A DNA stretch of 44,396 nucleotides from an uncultured Clostridia bacterium (GTDB lineage Bacteria > Bacillota > Clostridia > Oscillospirales > Acutalibacteraceae), in NCBI GenBank assembly GCA_937895645.1, contig CALBKQ010000082.1, forward strand, positions 1 through 44,396. Direction: 5' to 3'. This document shows positions 23,156-31,904 of the stretch, piece by piece. Positions within the stretch are counted from its first letter, which is position 1. Each line of letters starts with the position of its first letter. Made by a program: the position numbers and the translations under genes. Under the pieces are notes generated by a model. The model was not told the DNA's origin and did not search any database. It worked only from the letters and a program-made list of their open reading frames with translations.

Positions 23156-23581
23156 ATGAGAAAAATGATGAACAAAAAAGGCTTCTCACTCGTTGAGCTT
23201 ATGATTGTTGTTGTTATCATGGGTATCCTTATTGCTGTTGCTATTCCACTTTACGGTGCAATCACAGAAAACGCAAATAACAAGACATGTACAAACAACA
23301 TCAAAGCTATCAAGTCAAACGCTGCAACTTACAAATCATCTTACAATGCAGATGTTAACTTAGCAGAACTTAAGAAAATGTTTGACGATGGTAATCTTCC
23401 TGACTGTCCATTTGACCAGGACGGCGACAACACAGACTATGATGTTTCTATTGAAACAAATGGTGCAGTAAAAGTTGCTTGTTTGTATAATGGTACTGAA
23501 AAACACGCTCCAAAAGAAGATACAGTTGGTTCTACTAAGATTGTTACAGGTGTAGCATTCGGCGCAGCTGCTCAGTCATAA
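23156..23581 (+). CDS. pilA: Type IV pilin paralog 3 (141 aa), likely the major pilin
   Basis: MRKMMNKKG-FSLVELMIVVVIMGILIAVAIPLYGAITENANNKTC. It has the strongest RBS of the three (AAAGGAG), more C-ending synonymous codons than paralog 2, and a strong terminator. Confidence 0.9.
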   Translation: MRKMMNKKGFSLVELMIVVVIMGILIAVAIPLYGAITENANNKTCTNNIKAIKSNAATYKSSYNADVNLAELKKMFDDGNLPDCPFDQDGDNTDYDVSIETNGAVKVACLYNGTEKHAPKEDTVGSTKIVTGVAFGAAAQS

Positions 23582-23619
23582 TTTAATATTATATTAAATT
23601 AAATTAACACGTACATAAA

Positions 23620-23648
23620 GGCGAGGGGTTTATACCCCTCGTTTTTTG
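23620..23648 (+). terminator. Rho-independent terminator after pilin 3
   Basis: CGAGGGGT-ttat-ACCCCTCG followed by TTTTTT. Confidence 0.85.
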
Positions 23649-23677
23649 TTGACCTTTATATTGTTTTGTAGTAAAAT
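23649..23677 (+). promoter_or_regulatory. Candidate promoter for yfhO-like/pilD (TTGACC-17-TAAAAT)
   Basis: TTGACC 23649-23654, 17-nt spacer, TAAAAT 23672-23677. Confidence 0.5.
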
Positions 23678-23706
23678 ATAAAAAATATGTGAAAGCAGGA
23701 ATGATT

Positions 23707-26556
23707 ATGAAAACAAAGAAACAAATATCATTTATTTGGTTAGGACCTATAATAACACTTGGTATAATGCTTGTGCTTTATGCTATAAGTGGGGTTTACC
23801 CATTTGGTACAGAGTCAACTGCTTTTGCTGATGGTTTTTCACAATACATTCCATTTTTGGCTGAATTAAAAAATAAAATAGTTGAGGGTAGCTCTTTGCT
23901 TTTCACTTGGCATGCAGGTGGTGGCGTTAATTTCTGGGCAACTATCGGTTACTACCTTACAAGCCCCCTTAATCTTATAGCTTTATTATTTCCTGTTGAA
24001 GAAATGCAAAATGCTTTTTCCCTTATAACTTTAATCAAGCCATTTTTTATGGCATTAACTTTCTCTGTTTTCTTAAAGAATTCATATAAAAAGAATGATT
24101 TGTCAGTAGTAATTTTCTCAATTCTTTGGGCAATGTCCGGATTTATGGTAGGTAGTATAAATATTACATCATGGTATGATGCAATAATTTACTTTCCGCT
24201 TGTTATTATGGGACTTAAAAAGTTAATGGATGGAGGTAACGCATGGGTTTATTCATTATTTTTAGGTCTTACCATTACATCTAACTTTTATTTTGGTTGG
24301 ATGACTTGCATTTTCTGCGTAATTTTCTTTGTTTATTGCTTTATTTCTGATGACGATGTTTATTACGAAGGTAAGGTTACAGAAGAACAGCAAGATGAGG
24401 AAACTGAAAGCGTAAATATATTTGCAGTTTTCAAAAATTCATATTTATTGGGTAGTCTTTTCAAGTTTGGACTTTCATCACTTCTTGCAGGTGGTATTTC
24501 TGCAATTTTCACCTTGCCAATGGCAAGTATCTTACAAAACACAGGCAAGGGTACAGTTTCAGGTGATATATTTGTTGTTAATGGTGAGGGCGTATTAGGA
24601 TTACTTGCATCTCATATATTCCCATTCAAAAACACCTACGATACGTTAACTTCATTAGAATATATATTTATGTTTGCGGGTATTTTGACACTTGTTTTAG
24701 TAATTGCTTATTTCTTCGCAAAAGGTATTTCTATCCGCAAAAAAATTGGCAACGGTTTTTTAATTGCAGTAATGTGGGCATCAATGCTTATTAATGCATT
24801 ATATACGGCTTGGCACGGCTTTGGCGAGCCTATGGGAATAATGTATCGCTTTGCCTTTATATACAGTTTTGTGCTTATAAAAATTGCTTATGAAGCTTTT
24901 TGTGAAATCAAAAACATTAAATGGTATGGCTTTTTAGTTGGTGCAATTTTTGCAGGTGGTTGTTTAGCTTGTTCTTATTTTAATGATTTTATCAACAACC
25001 ATTTTTTCTCAATATCACTTGTTATAAAAGTTGTTTTAGCTATAGTAATTTTTACTGTTGTTTTAATTTTATTAAGCAAGAAAGAACAAAGAAAAACTGT
25101 ACTTACAATTATTTTGCTTATTTGCGTAATTTCTGAAACCATTATCTTTAATTGTGGTACTTTTAACACTTTTAATTCTTTAGAAAATCTTTCAGAAAAA
25201 CAAATTGTTGATGAATTAACTGAAAATATCAGCGAAAGTGACAGAGTTCATTTTGCAAGTAAAAATCAGGAGTTTAAGGATTTAGTACAATATGGCTTGA
25301 ATTTTGGTTTTAATGGTTGGGAAAATTATTCGTCTTTGGCGGATAACGACTTTACCTTGACGGTCCAATTCTTAGGAAGTTATGGTAATTCCTTAAATAT
25401 TCAAAATGGTGCAAGTGAGGAAACACCTGTTTTCAATATGCTTTTCCCAACAAAGTATTATATTGATGGTACAGGCAACATACAGGAAAGTGCATATAGA
25501 GAAGAGTTAGAAGAAAAAGACGGCTATACGCTTTACAAAAACAACTACACTATGCCGTTTATGTATACAATCAGTGAAAATATTGCAAACTGGAATCCTT
25601 TTTCATTCTTTATTCTTGTTGACAGTCTTAATGAAGTAGCAAAATCAATGACAGAAACAACTGAAAATGTTGTAGTTTATAATAATCCTGAAAACTTTGT
25701 TTATGAGAATTGTACTCACATTTCTGCAACAGATAGATTGAATGCAAACCAGGAACTTTTACACGAACATGAAGAAGGTCATTCGCATAGTCACGATGGT
25801 GAATCAAGTATGAATGCTCTTTATGAATATCTTGAAAAAAGAATGGATGGATATTCATATAAGGTTACTGATATGACAAAACCTGCATATATTACCTTCG
25901 ATTCAGTTGCTGAGGCTGATGGTATGATGTATCTTTATGTTGATACTTACGAGTTAACAGACCTTAAAGTTACACTTAACGGAAAAACAACTGAATACTA
26001 TCTTTACGGTGTGGGTGACAACTGCACATACGAACTTGGTGAAGTTAAAAAAGGTGATGTTGCAACTATTACTATTGGTGGTTACAGAGAAAATGATGTG
26101 GATAGTGACCAAGTTTATTTTGTAGAAAACAATAGTTTCACAACAACTTCATTTACCGTTGATATGGAAAAATTTGAAAAAGTTTATAACAAACTCGATG
26201 CTATGAGTGATACTGAACTTTTAGAATTTGACGACACTTATATAAAAGCAAAAGTTACAAGTTATGAGGATGGTTTGCTTTACATTCCAACAACTTATGA
26301 CGAGGGTTGGACTATTCTTATTGACGGCGTTGAGGCAGAACTTTATGAGCACCACAGTCATATTCTTATGACAGGTATTACTGAAGGTGAGCATATTGTT
26401 GAAATGAAATATTGTCCTGTTGGATTTGTGCCGGGGGCTATAATCACAGGCATAAGCGTGGTAATTATTATTGCCTGGGCAATAATTGCAACAAAACGCT
26501 CGAAAAAAGAACAAGAATATGCTACAATAAACGAAACAAGTGTGAATGAGGAGTAA
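23707..26556 (+). CDS. YfhO-family polytopic membrane protein (GT-C type glycosyltransferase family)
   Basis: The N-terminal signature ...GVYPFGTESTAFADGFSQYIPFLAELKNKI..SLLFTWHAGGGVNFWATIGYYLTSPLNLIALLF is typical of YfhO. There are many TM segments, a large extracytoplasmic C-terminal domain and a final TM. The ATG at 23707 lies 6 nt after AGGA; the ORF-track start is a GTG at 23689. Confidence 0.82.
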   Translation: MKTKKQISFIWLGPIITLGIMLVLYAISGVYPFGTESTAFADGFSQYIPFLAELKNKIVEGSSLLFTWHAGGGVNFWATIGYYLTSPLNLIALLFPVEEMQNAFSLITLIKPFFMALTFSVFLKNSYKKNDLSVVIFSILWAMSGFMVGSINITSWYDAIIYFPLVIMGLKKLMDGGNAWVYSLFLGLTITSNFYFGWMTCIFCVIFFVYCFISDDDVYYEGKVTEEQQDEETESVNIFAVFKNSYLLGSLFKFGLSSLLAGGISAIFTLPMASILQNTGKGTVSGDIFVVNGEGVLGLLASHIFPFKNTYDTLTSLEYIFMFAGILTLVLVIAYFFAKGISIRKKIGNGFLIAVMWASMLINALYTAWHGFGEPMGIMYRFAFIYSFVLIKIAYEAFCEIKNIKWYGFLVGAIFAGGCLACSYFNDFINNHFFSISLVIKVVLAIVIFTVVLILLSKKEQRKTVLTIILLICVISETIIFNCGTFNTFNSLENLSEKQIVDELTENISESDRVHFASKNQEFKDLVQYGLNFGFNGWENYSSLADNDFTLTVQFLGSYGNSLNIQNGASEETPVFNMLFPTKYYIDGTGNIQESAYREELEEKDGYTLYKNNYTMPFMYTISENIANWNPFSFFILVDSLNEVAKSMTETTENVVVYNNPENFVYENCTHISATDRLNANQELLHEHEEGHSHSHDGESSMNALYEYLEKRMDGYSYKVTDMTKPAYITFDSVAEADGMMYLYVDTYELTDLKVTLNGKTTEYYLYGVGDNCTYELGEVKKGDVATITIGGYRENDVDSDQVYFVENNSFTTTSFTVDMEKFEKVYNKLDAMSDTELLEFDDTYIKAKVTSYEDGLLYIPTTYDEGWTILIDGVEAELYEHHSHILMTGITEGEHIVEMKYCPVGFVPGAIITGISVVIIIAWAIIATKRSKKEQEYATINETSVNEE

Positions 26557-26559
26557 TTT

Positions 26560-27387
26560 ATGGATTATTTACTTATACCAAAACTTTTTATAACGTTTTT
26601 TGTGTTCCTTATAGGTATTTGTATCGGCAGTTTTCTTAATGTGCTTATTTACAGATTACCAAAAGGCGAAAATGTTACAACTACAAACAGTCATTGTATG
26701 AGTTGCAATCATCGTCTTTATGCAAAAGATTTATTCCCTCTTTTTAGTTGGATTTTTCTTGGTGGTAAATGTCGTTATTGCAAGGCAAAGATTTCTGTAC
26801 AGTACCCAATAGTCGAGGCAATCAACGGTATTATGTATTCACTCATTTTCTGGTTTGTATGCGATGCAAAACCAAGCCTTGCACTTGTTGGTTACTGTGT
26901 GGCATTCTCTGCTTTGCTTGTAACTACCGTTATTGACTGGCGTACAATGGAAATACCTGACTCAATGTGGATTACAATTTTTGTTGGCGGTGCGTTCGTT
27001 TACATAGATGAACTTATTAAAGAGGGATTTGACACACATTGTCTTATTGAAAGAGTAATAGGCATTTTTGCCGCAAGTGGTATTCTTTTCATTCTTGCTG
27101 TAATCACAAAAGGCGGAATGGGTGGCGGTGACATTAAACTTATGGCTGCCTGTGGATTTTTGCTTGGCTGGAAAGTAGTTTTTCTATCACTTATTATGGG
27201 TGGATTTATCGGTACACTTTATCTTATCTTTATGGCAATCAAGAATAAAGGCAAGGTGCCAAGAAAAGTACCGTTTGCACCACATTTATCTCTTGCTGTT
27301 GTAATTTGTATGTTCTGTGGCAGTGAGATTATTGATTGGTATTTAGCACTTTGTGGAATTGTTTCACACCATAATCATATTCATTAA
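26560..27387 (+). CDS. pilD: Prepilin peptidase / N-methyltransferase PilD (peptidase A24)
   Basis: Cys pairs CMSC...CRYC in the N-terminal methyltransferase region, QYPIVE, and the catalytic Asp motifs (..VIDWRTMEIPD.. and GGGDIKLMAACG). GAGGAG RBS. Confidence 0.93.
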   Translation: MDYLLIPKLFITFFVFLIGICIGSFLNVLIYRLPKGENVTTTNSHCMSCNHRLYAKDLFPLFSWIFLGGKCRYCKAKISVQYPIVEAINGIMYSLIFWFVCDAKPSLALVGYCVAFSALLVTTVIDWRTMEIPDSMWITIFVGGAFVYIDELIKEGFDTHCLIERVIGIFAASGILFILAVITKGGMGGGDIKLMAACGFLLGWKVVFLSLIMGGFIGTLYLIFMAIKNKGKVPRKVPFAPHLSLAVVICMFCGSEIIDWYLALCGIVSHHNHIH

Positions 27388-27394
27388 TTATTTT

Positions 27395-27427
27395 GGCGGA
27401 AGTTAAGTCTTCCGCCTTTATTTTTTA
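27395..27427 (+). terminator. Rho-independent terminator after pilD
   Basis: GGCGGAAG-ttaagt-CTTCCGCC followed by TTTATTTTTT. Confidence 0.8.
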
Positions 27428-27454
27428 ACAAACTATTAATTTTTATAAACTATC

Positions 27455-27483
27455 TTGCATTATTTAATAGTGTGTGATATTAT
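27455..27483 (+). promoter_or_regulatory. Candidate promoter of the PadR operon (TTGCAT-17-TATTAT with an upstream TG)
   Basis: TTGCAT 27455-27460 and TGaTATTAT 27475-27483. The direct repeat AATAGTGT (27465-27472 and 27484-27491) flanks the -10 element. Confidence 0.4.
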
Positions 27484-27517
27484 AATAGTGTAATAATAAA
27501 ATTAAGGAGGGCAGGAT

Positions 27518-27835
27518 ATGAATACGCAGTTCAAAAAAGGCGTATTGGAACTTTGTGCACTAACGGTTTTGCTAAATGGTGACCGTTACGGGTACGAATT
27601 AGCCGATATGCTTGGTAAGAAAATGTCAATATCTGAAGGCTCGGTTTATCCAATGCTTAAAAGATTGCAGAGTGATGGGTATTTTGACTCATACTTAAAA
27701 GAGTCGCCAAACGGTCCTGCAAGAAAATATTATAAAATTACACTTGAAGGTCGCGACAGACAAAAACTTCTGCAAGACCAATGGAGCGAATTCGCAAGTC
27801 AAGTAAACTCATTTTTTGAGGGGGTAACAAAATGA
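27518..27835 (+). CDS. PadR-family transcriptional regulator (short, about 105 aa subtype)
   Basis: Winged-HTH signature ...LELCALTVLLNGDRYGYELADML......SEGSVYPMLKRLQSDGY...ARKYYKITLEGR. AAGGAGGG RBS. Confidence 0.9.
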   Translation: MNTQFKKGVLELCALTVLLNGDRYGYELADMLGKKMSISEGSVYPMLKRLQSDGYFDSYLKESPNGPARKYYKITLEGRDRQKLLQDQWSEFASQVNSFFEGVTK

Positions 27836-28320
27836 ACAAAGTAGACTTTTTGAATGAGTTATATTATTATCTTTCACCGCTTAAAAAGGAAGAGCGTAAC
27901 GAAATTCTTGAAGATTTTCGTGCACACTTCCGCGAGGGTGAGGCAGCAGGTAAAACACAGGAGCAAATCTGCCAAGAACTTGGCTCACCATTTGAATGTG
28001 CAAAACAGTATGTAGGTGATGCAATAGTTCAAAAAAGAGTTGAGCCCAATAAAGAGAAAAAGCCAAACAAAACTTTTTGGACAGTTGCATTAGTCTGGAA
28101 TGTTATTCAGGCGTTTATTTCAATCCCGTTAACACTTGGGTTGTTTGTTGCATCTGCAGTAATGGCTGTGTTCTTCTGCTTTGTAGTACCTGCAATCGGC
28201 TCAGTAGCATTTCTTGTGTTTGCAATTTCTTCAACAGTTGCGGTGTTCTTACTTGGTATAATTACATTGCTTTGGAGTATATTAGAAATTAAAACCTGCG
28301 TTAAAATGTTATATAAGTAA
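27832..28320 (+). CDS. DUF1700-type membrane protein commonly paired with PadR regulators
   Basis: The N-terminus MNKVDFLNELYYYLSPLKKEERNEILEDFRAHFREGEAAGKTQEQICQELGSPFECAKQY is followed by hydrophobic helices. The start overlaps the padR stop by 4 nt. Confidence 0.72.
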   Translation: MNKVDFLNELYYYLSPLKKEERNEILEDFRAHFREGEAAGKTQEQICQELGSPFECAKQYVGDAIVQKRVEPNKEKKPNKTFWTVALVWNVIQAFISIPLTLGLFVASAVMAVFFCFVVPAIGSVAFLVFAISSTVAVFLLGIITLLWSILEIKTCVKMLYK

Positions 28321-28332
28321 GGAGAGATTTAT

Positions 28333-28515
28333 ATGAAAAAAGCACTTATAACTTTCGTTGTACTTTTTGTGATTTCGCTCTTTACTGCCATTGTCAGTTT
28401 TGCAGTTTGCGGCGGCGAACTTATTAAAACAGGCATTGAATACGGTGTTGAGCAGTATCGCGAATACAAATCAACAGGTGAAAATGATATTACAGATATT
28501 ATTGAAAATCTGTAA
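28333..28515 (+). CDS. Small single-pass membrane protein (60 aa), function unknown
   Basis: TAAGGAGAG RBS and the hydrophobic N-terminus ALITFVVLFVISLFTAIVSFAV. Confidence 0.5.
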   Translation: MKKALITFVVLFVISLFTAIVSFAVCGGELIKTGIEYGVEQYREYKSTGENDITDIIENL

Positions 28516-28560
28516 TTAAAGGTATATAATTAAAGTATCAAAATATAGGAGGAACGTAAT

Positions 28561-28809
28561 ATGTTCAAAGAAAAGAAATTATACAAGAGTTCAGACAAAA
28601 AAATCAGCGGTGTTTGTGCAGGTTTCGCAGAGTTTTTTGAAATCGACCCAACAATCGTTAGAGTAATTTATGCTTTAGTTGCATTGTTTACTGCTGCAAT
28701 TCCTTGCATTATTATCTATGCAGTTCTTGCATTCGTAATCCCACAGCGTCCATTCCCTGAATATCAGTATAATGAATTTGAAGAAAACAAAACAGACGAT
28801 AATCAGTAA
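28561..28809 (+). CDS. PspC-domain membrane protein
   Basis: LYKSSDKKISGVCAGFAEFFEIDPTIVRVIYALVALFT is the PspC N-terminal domain signature. TAGGAGGA RBS. Confidence 0.85.
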   Translation: MFKEKKLYKSSDKKISGVCAGFAEFFEIDPTIVRVIYALVALFTAAIPCIIIYAVLAFVIPQRPFPEYQYNEFEENKTDDNQ

Positions 28810-28816
28810 TTGAATT

Positions 28817-29056
28817 ATGGGCGAGATTTACGAATTTTCAAACAAGTCGTCAAAAGAACTCGAAGATTTAATGGAGCGTCTTTCTGACGAATATGACGAT
28901 TTAGAAGACCAACTTTTAGACCTTGAAGATTTTGCGCCTGAAAAAGACGATAAAAAAGAATACGCCTTATGGCAGGAGGAATACGCAACACTTGAAAAGC
29001 GTATGGCAGAAATCGAAAAAGAGTATGACGAACTTCAGAAAAAATTAAATAAATAA
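28817..29056 (+). CDS. Small acidic coiled-coil protein (79 aa), function unknown
   Basis: The ORF has a strongly acidic heptad-like sequence and is followed by a strong terminator. No clear RBS is present. Confidence 0.4.
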   Translation: MGEIYEFSNKSSKELEDLMERLSDEYDDLEDQLLDLEDFAPEKDDKKEYALWQEEYATLEKRMAEIEKEYDELQKKLNK

Positions 29057-29062
29057 AAAATC

Positions 29063-29103
29063 AACAGTCAGTTCAATATTGGGTATTGAATTGGCTGTTT
29101 TAT
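29063..29103 (+). terminator. Rho-independent terminator closing the PadR/PspC operon
   Basis: A 15-bp stem AACAGTCAGTTCAAT / ATTGAATTGGCTGTT (two G:U pairs) followed by a T-run. Confidence 0.7.
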
Positions 29104-29146
29104 ATTGTTATAATTATAATAATGGAAAATTTAGGGAAGTGATTTT

Positions 29147-30244
29147 ATGTCAAAAGAATTACCAAGAACTTATAAAAGCTTTACTGAGTGGGAAACAAAG
29201 TCTAAACAGACTGAATACACAGAAGAAACTCCGCTTTTATCAGAAGACGGAACACTCCTTGCTAAAGGTTGGGCAAGACACAATGTATTCACTTATAACC
29301 GTGACCATTCAAAACCTAACTGGCGTAAAAAAGAATGGGATTTTTATGTTATCCGCAACAAAGATTATGTTGTTGATTTAAGTTTTGCAAATATTTCTAT
29401 TGGTGGTTATGTTAGTGCAAAACTTACTGACATTAAAAACAAATGTGTAATAGCAGATGCAAACTATATGTATGTTGGTGGCTCTAACAAATACATTCTT
29501 CCACCTAAAGGTGATGTGCCAAACACATTTAAGGGAAATGTTAGACAGGCACAATTTGAGTTTGTTACTCACGAAACATACAGAACGCTCTGGTTCAGAG
29601 CACCATATAAAGGTGAGGTTGTTGAGTGTGAGTTTCATATGGATATTATGCCAGGGCTTGAAAATATTACAACTGTTCTTCCTTTCAAAGACCAGCCTAC
29701 AAGATACTTTATGACAACAAAACAGAACTGTATGCCTTGTGGCGGTACATATAAGTTCGGTGACGAAGTTTATGAGTTTTCAAAAGAAAACACTTTCTGT
29801 TATATGGACTGGGGTCGCGTAAATACTCCTCATAAGCTTGTGTGGTATTGGGGTAACGGTGCACAGTATATTTATGACGAAGATGGCACAAAACATCTTT
29901 TCGGATTTGAAATTACCTGGGCAATCGGTGACGAGAGTAACGCCACTGAAACTTGTCTTTTCTGGGACGGTAAAGCACATAAAATCGGTGCAGTTGATGT
30001 TGAAAAATTCCCAAAAGGCAGATTTATGGAAGAGTGGAAAATCATTTCTGAAGACGGAAGATTTAATATGACACTTACACCTACTTTCGATAGTGTAACT
30101 GACCTTAATGTTTTGGATATTGCAAGAATGAATTGCCATCAGGTAAACGGCATTTGGAATGGTACAGTAACACTTGACGACGGTAAAGTAATTGAAATTA
30201 AAGACTTACCTTCATGGTGCGAATATGTAGAAAATAAGTGGTAA
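29147..30244 (+). CDS. DUF2804-like protein (365 aa), function unknown
   Basis: The pattern ...GWARHNVFTYNRD....NWRKKEWDFYVI... recalls DUF2804 family N-termini. The assignment is from memory only. Confidence 0.55.
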   Translation: MSKELPRTYKSFTEWETKSKQTEYTEETPLLSEDGTLLAKGWARHNVFTYNRDHSKPNWRKKEWDFYVIRNKDYVVDLSFANISIGGYVSAKLTDIKNKCVIADANYMYVGGSNKYILPPKGDVPNTFKGNVRQAQFEFVTHETYRTLWFRAPYKGEVVECEFHMDIMPGLENITTVLPFKDQPTRYFMTTKQNCMPCGGTYKFGDEVYEFSKENTFCYMDWGRVNTPHKLVWYWGNGAQYIYDEDGTKHLFGFEITWAIGDESNATETCLFWDGKAHKIGAVDVEKFPKGRFMEEWKIISEDGRFNMTLTPTFDSVTDLNVLDIARMNCHQVNGIWNGTVTLDDGKVIEIKDLPSWCEYVENKW

Positions 30245-30378
30245 TTGACAAGCAATATTTCTCAACACTCTATACAAAAAATTTTCTATATTTTCGGTGT
30301 TTTATACCTATCTATTTTGGAAAAAATATTGTATAATGAATGCGTATAAATTTTCTGAATTTTATCAGGAGGTAAAAT

Positions 30379-31854
30379 ATGAGTAAACAAGAACTTTTTT
30401 GTGAGAAAAACGGTAAACTCCACACATGGCATACTATACTTACCGGTTTTGCTTTCCTCACAACATCAATCGCGTGGGCAATTTATGACCCATATATCAC
30501 AAAGATTCTTAACAGATTACTTACAGAATCAGTATGGATTTCAGACCTTAGTGCAAAACTTAACGAAGCGTTCCCTGTACTTGCAAAATTTGCAGAAACA
30601 CAGGGTCAGGATGTTAACGTAGCAGGTGGCGGAATTACACTTGTTCCACTTTTCATCGGTGTTATTATGACATTTGATAACATCTTCGGTGTTATTTTCC
30701 AGCCGACATTCGGTAAAATTTCAGACCGTTGCCGTTCAAAACTCGGTAAACGTCGTCCTTTCATTGTTTACGGTGCACCTATTTCAGCACTTCTTTTTGC
30801 ACTTATTCCTTGGATTGCATTGAAGTCAACTCTCCCTGTAACAATGATTTTCATTATCCTTTTCGTATTCTCAATGTCACTCTGGCGTGCTCCTGCAGTT
30901 GCGCTTATGCCTGCTCTTACACCATCACATCTTCGTTCAGAAGGTAACGCTATCATCAACCTTATGGGTGGTGTAGGTTCTGTTATCGGTATGGTTGCTG
31001 GTACTCTTGTAAGTGCTATTTACTTGGCAACAACAGGCGTTAAAGTTACTGCTGAAAACGAACAGTTTACCAGTTTCCCTTATGTGTTCCTTCTTGGTGC
31101 AGTTGTTATGGTTATTGGTATGCTTGTTGTTCGTATTTTCGTTAAAGAGCCATCAAGCCTTGAAGAAGTTGCAGCAAACAACCAGTATGCTGACGAAAAA
31201 GCTGCAAAGAAAGCTGAAAAGGCTGCAAGAAAAGCAGAAAAGCTTTCAAAGGGCGAAAGAAAGAGTCTTATCTTTATGCTTGGCGGTTTGTTCTTCCTTT
31301 TCTGCGGTACAAACGCTATTACAACATTCTTTGCACTCTTTGCTGAAGAAGTTCTTGGAAAGAGCACAGGCGAAGCAACAATTATGACAACACTCTTCGC
31401 AGTTTGTTCTGCTGCTGCTGCAATTCCTGCAGGTAAAATGGGTAAGAAAATTGGTCGTAAAAAGACAATTCTTATTGGCCTTATAGTATTTATGGCAGTA
31501 TTCCTTCTTTATGTACTTACACAGAGTATGGCACTTATCTGGGTTGCTCTTGTTCTTGGTGGTGCAGCAAATATGTTCATCACAGTTAATACATTGCCAC
31601 TTGTTCTTGATATTGGTGGTATTGAAAAAGTTGGTACTTTCACAGGCTACTACTACACAGCAACATTCTCAGCACAAATTGCTTCTCCAATTATTTACGG
31701 TATTGTTCGTATGTTCACAGGCTCATATATGTCACTCTTCGTATATAGCCCAATTATGTTTATCTTGAGTATTGCTTGTATCCTCTTTGTTAAGCACGGT
31801 GAGGCAGTTCCACAAGAAATCGTTGATAAAATTGAAGAAGAAAACGCTGACTAA
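30379..31854 (+). CDS. MFS transporter (GPH/SLC45-like sugar-type) with a Lys/Ala/Glu-rich central loop
   Basis: About 12 hydrophobic segments, the loop 2-3 motif GKISDRCRSKLGKRRPFIVYG, and the central loop ADEKAAKKAEKAARKAEKLSKGERK. AGGAGG RBS. Confidence 0.85.
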   Translation: MSKQELFCEKNGKLHTWHTILTGFAFLTTSIAWAIYDPYITKILNRLLTESVWISDLSAKLNEAFPVLAKFAETQGQDVNVAGGGITLVPLFIGVIMTFDNIFGVIFQPTFGKISDRCRSKLGKRRPFIVYGAPISALLFALIPWIALKSTLPVTMIFIILFVFSMSLWRAPAVALMPALTPSHLRSEGNAIINLMGGVGSVIGMVAGTLVSAIYLATTGVKVTAENEQFTSFPYVFLLGAVVMVIGMLVVRIFVKEPSSLEEVAANNQYADEKAAKKAEKAARKAEKLSKGERKSLIFMLGGLFFLFCGTNAITTFFALFAEEVLGKSTGEATIMTTLFAVCSAAAAIPAGKMGKKIGRKKTILIGLIVFMAVFLLYVLTQSMALIWVALVLGGAANMFITVNTLPLVLDIGGIEKVGTFTGYYYTATFSAQIASPIIYGIVRMFTGSYMSLFVYSPIMFILSIACILFVKHGEAVPQEIVDKIEEENAD

Positions 31855-31863
31855 TTAGCAAAA

Positions 31864-31904
31864 CAAAAAATTACCCACCAAGGATTTCCTTGGTGGGATT
31901 TTTT
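31864..31904. terminator. Bidirectional rho-independent terminator between convergent operons
   Basis: CCCACCAAGG-atttc-CTTGGTGGG flanked by AAAAAA upstream and TTTTTT downstream. Confidence 0.8.

Noticed and set aside
5815-27387. Interpretation of the locus as a competence (Com) pseudopilus or a type II secretion system
   Set aside because: PilT, a PilM/N/O set, three full-size pilins with strong independent promoters, and very large minor pilins all fit a type IVa-like pilus. No ComEA/ComEC-type DNA-uptake genes or T2SS-specific GspL/M genes are present.
29079-29381. 100-aa plus-strand ORF overlapping the start of the DUF2804-like gene
   Set aside because: It begins inside the terminator hairpin of the previous operon, has no RBS, and overlaps the much longer, well-initiated ORF 29147-30244 in another frame.
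31013-31387. Overlapping ORFs on both strands in the middle of the MFS gene (31013-31387 plus strand, 31080-31367 minus strand)
   Set aside because: They are generated by the Lys/Ala/Glu-rich loop coding sequence (gct gca aag aaa gct gaa repeats). The MFS frame is continuous and clearly the real one.
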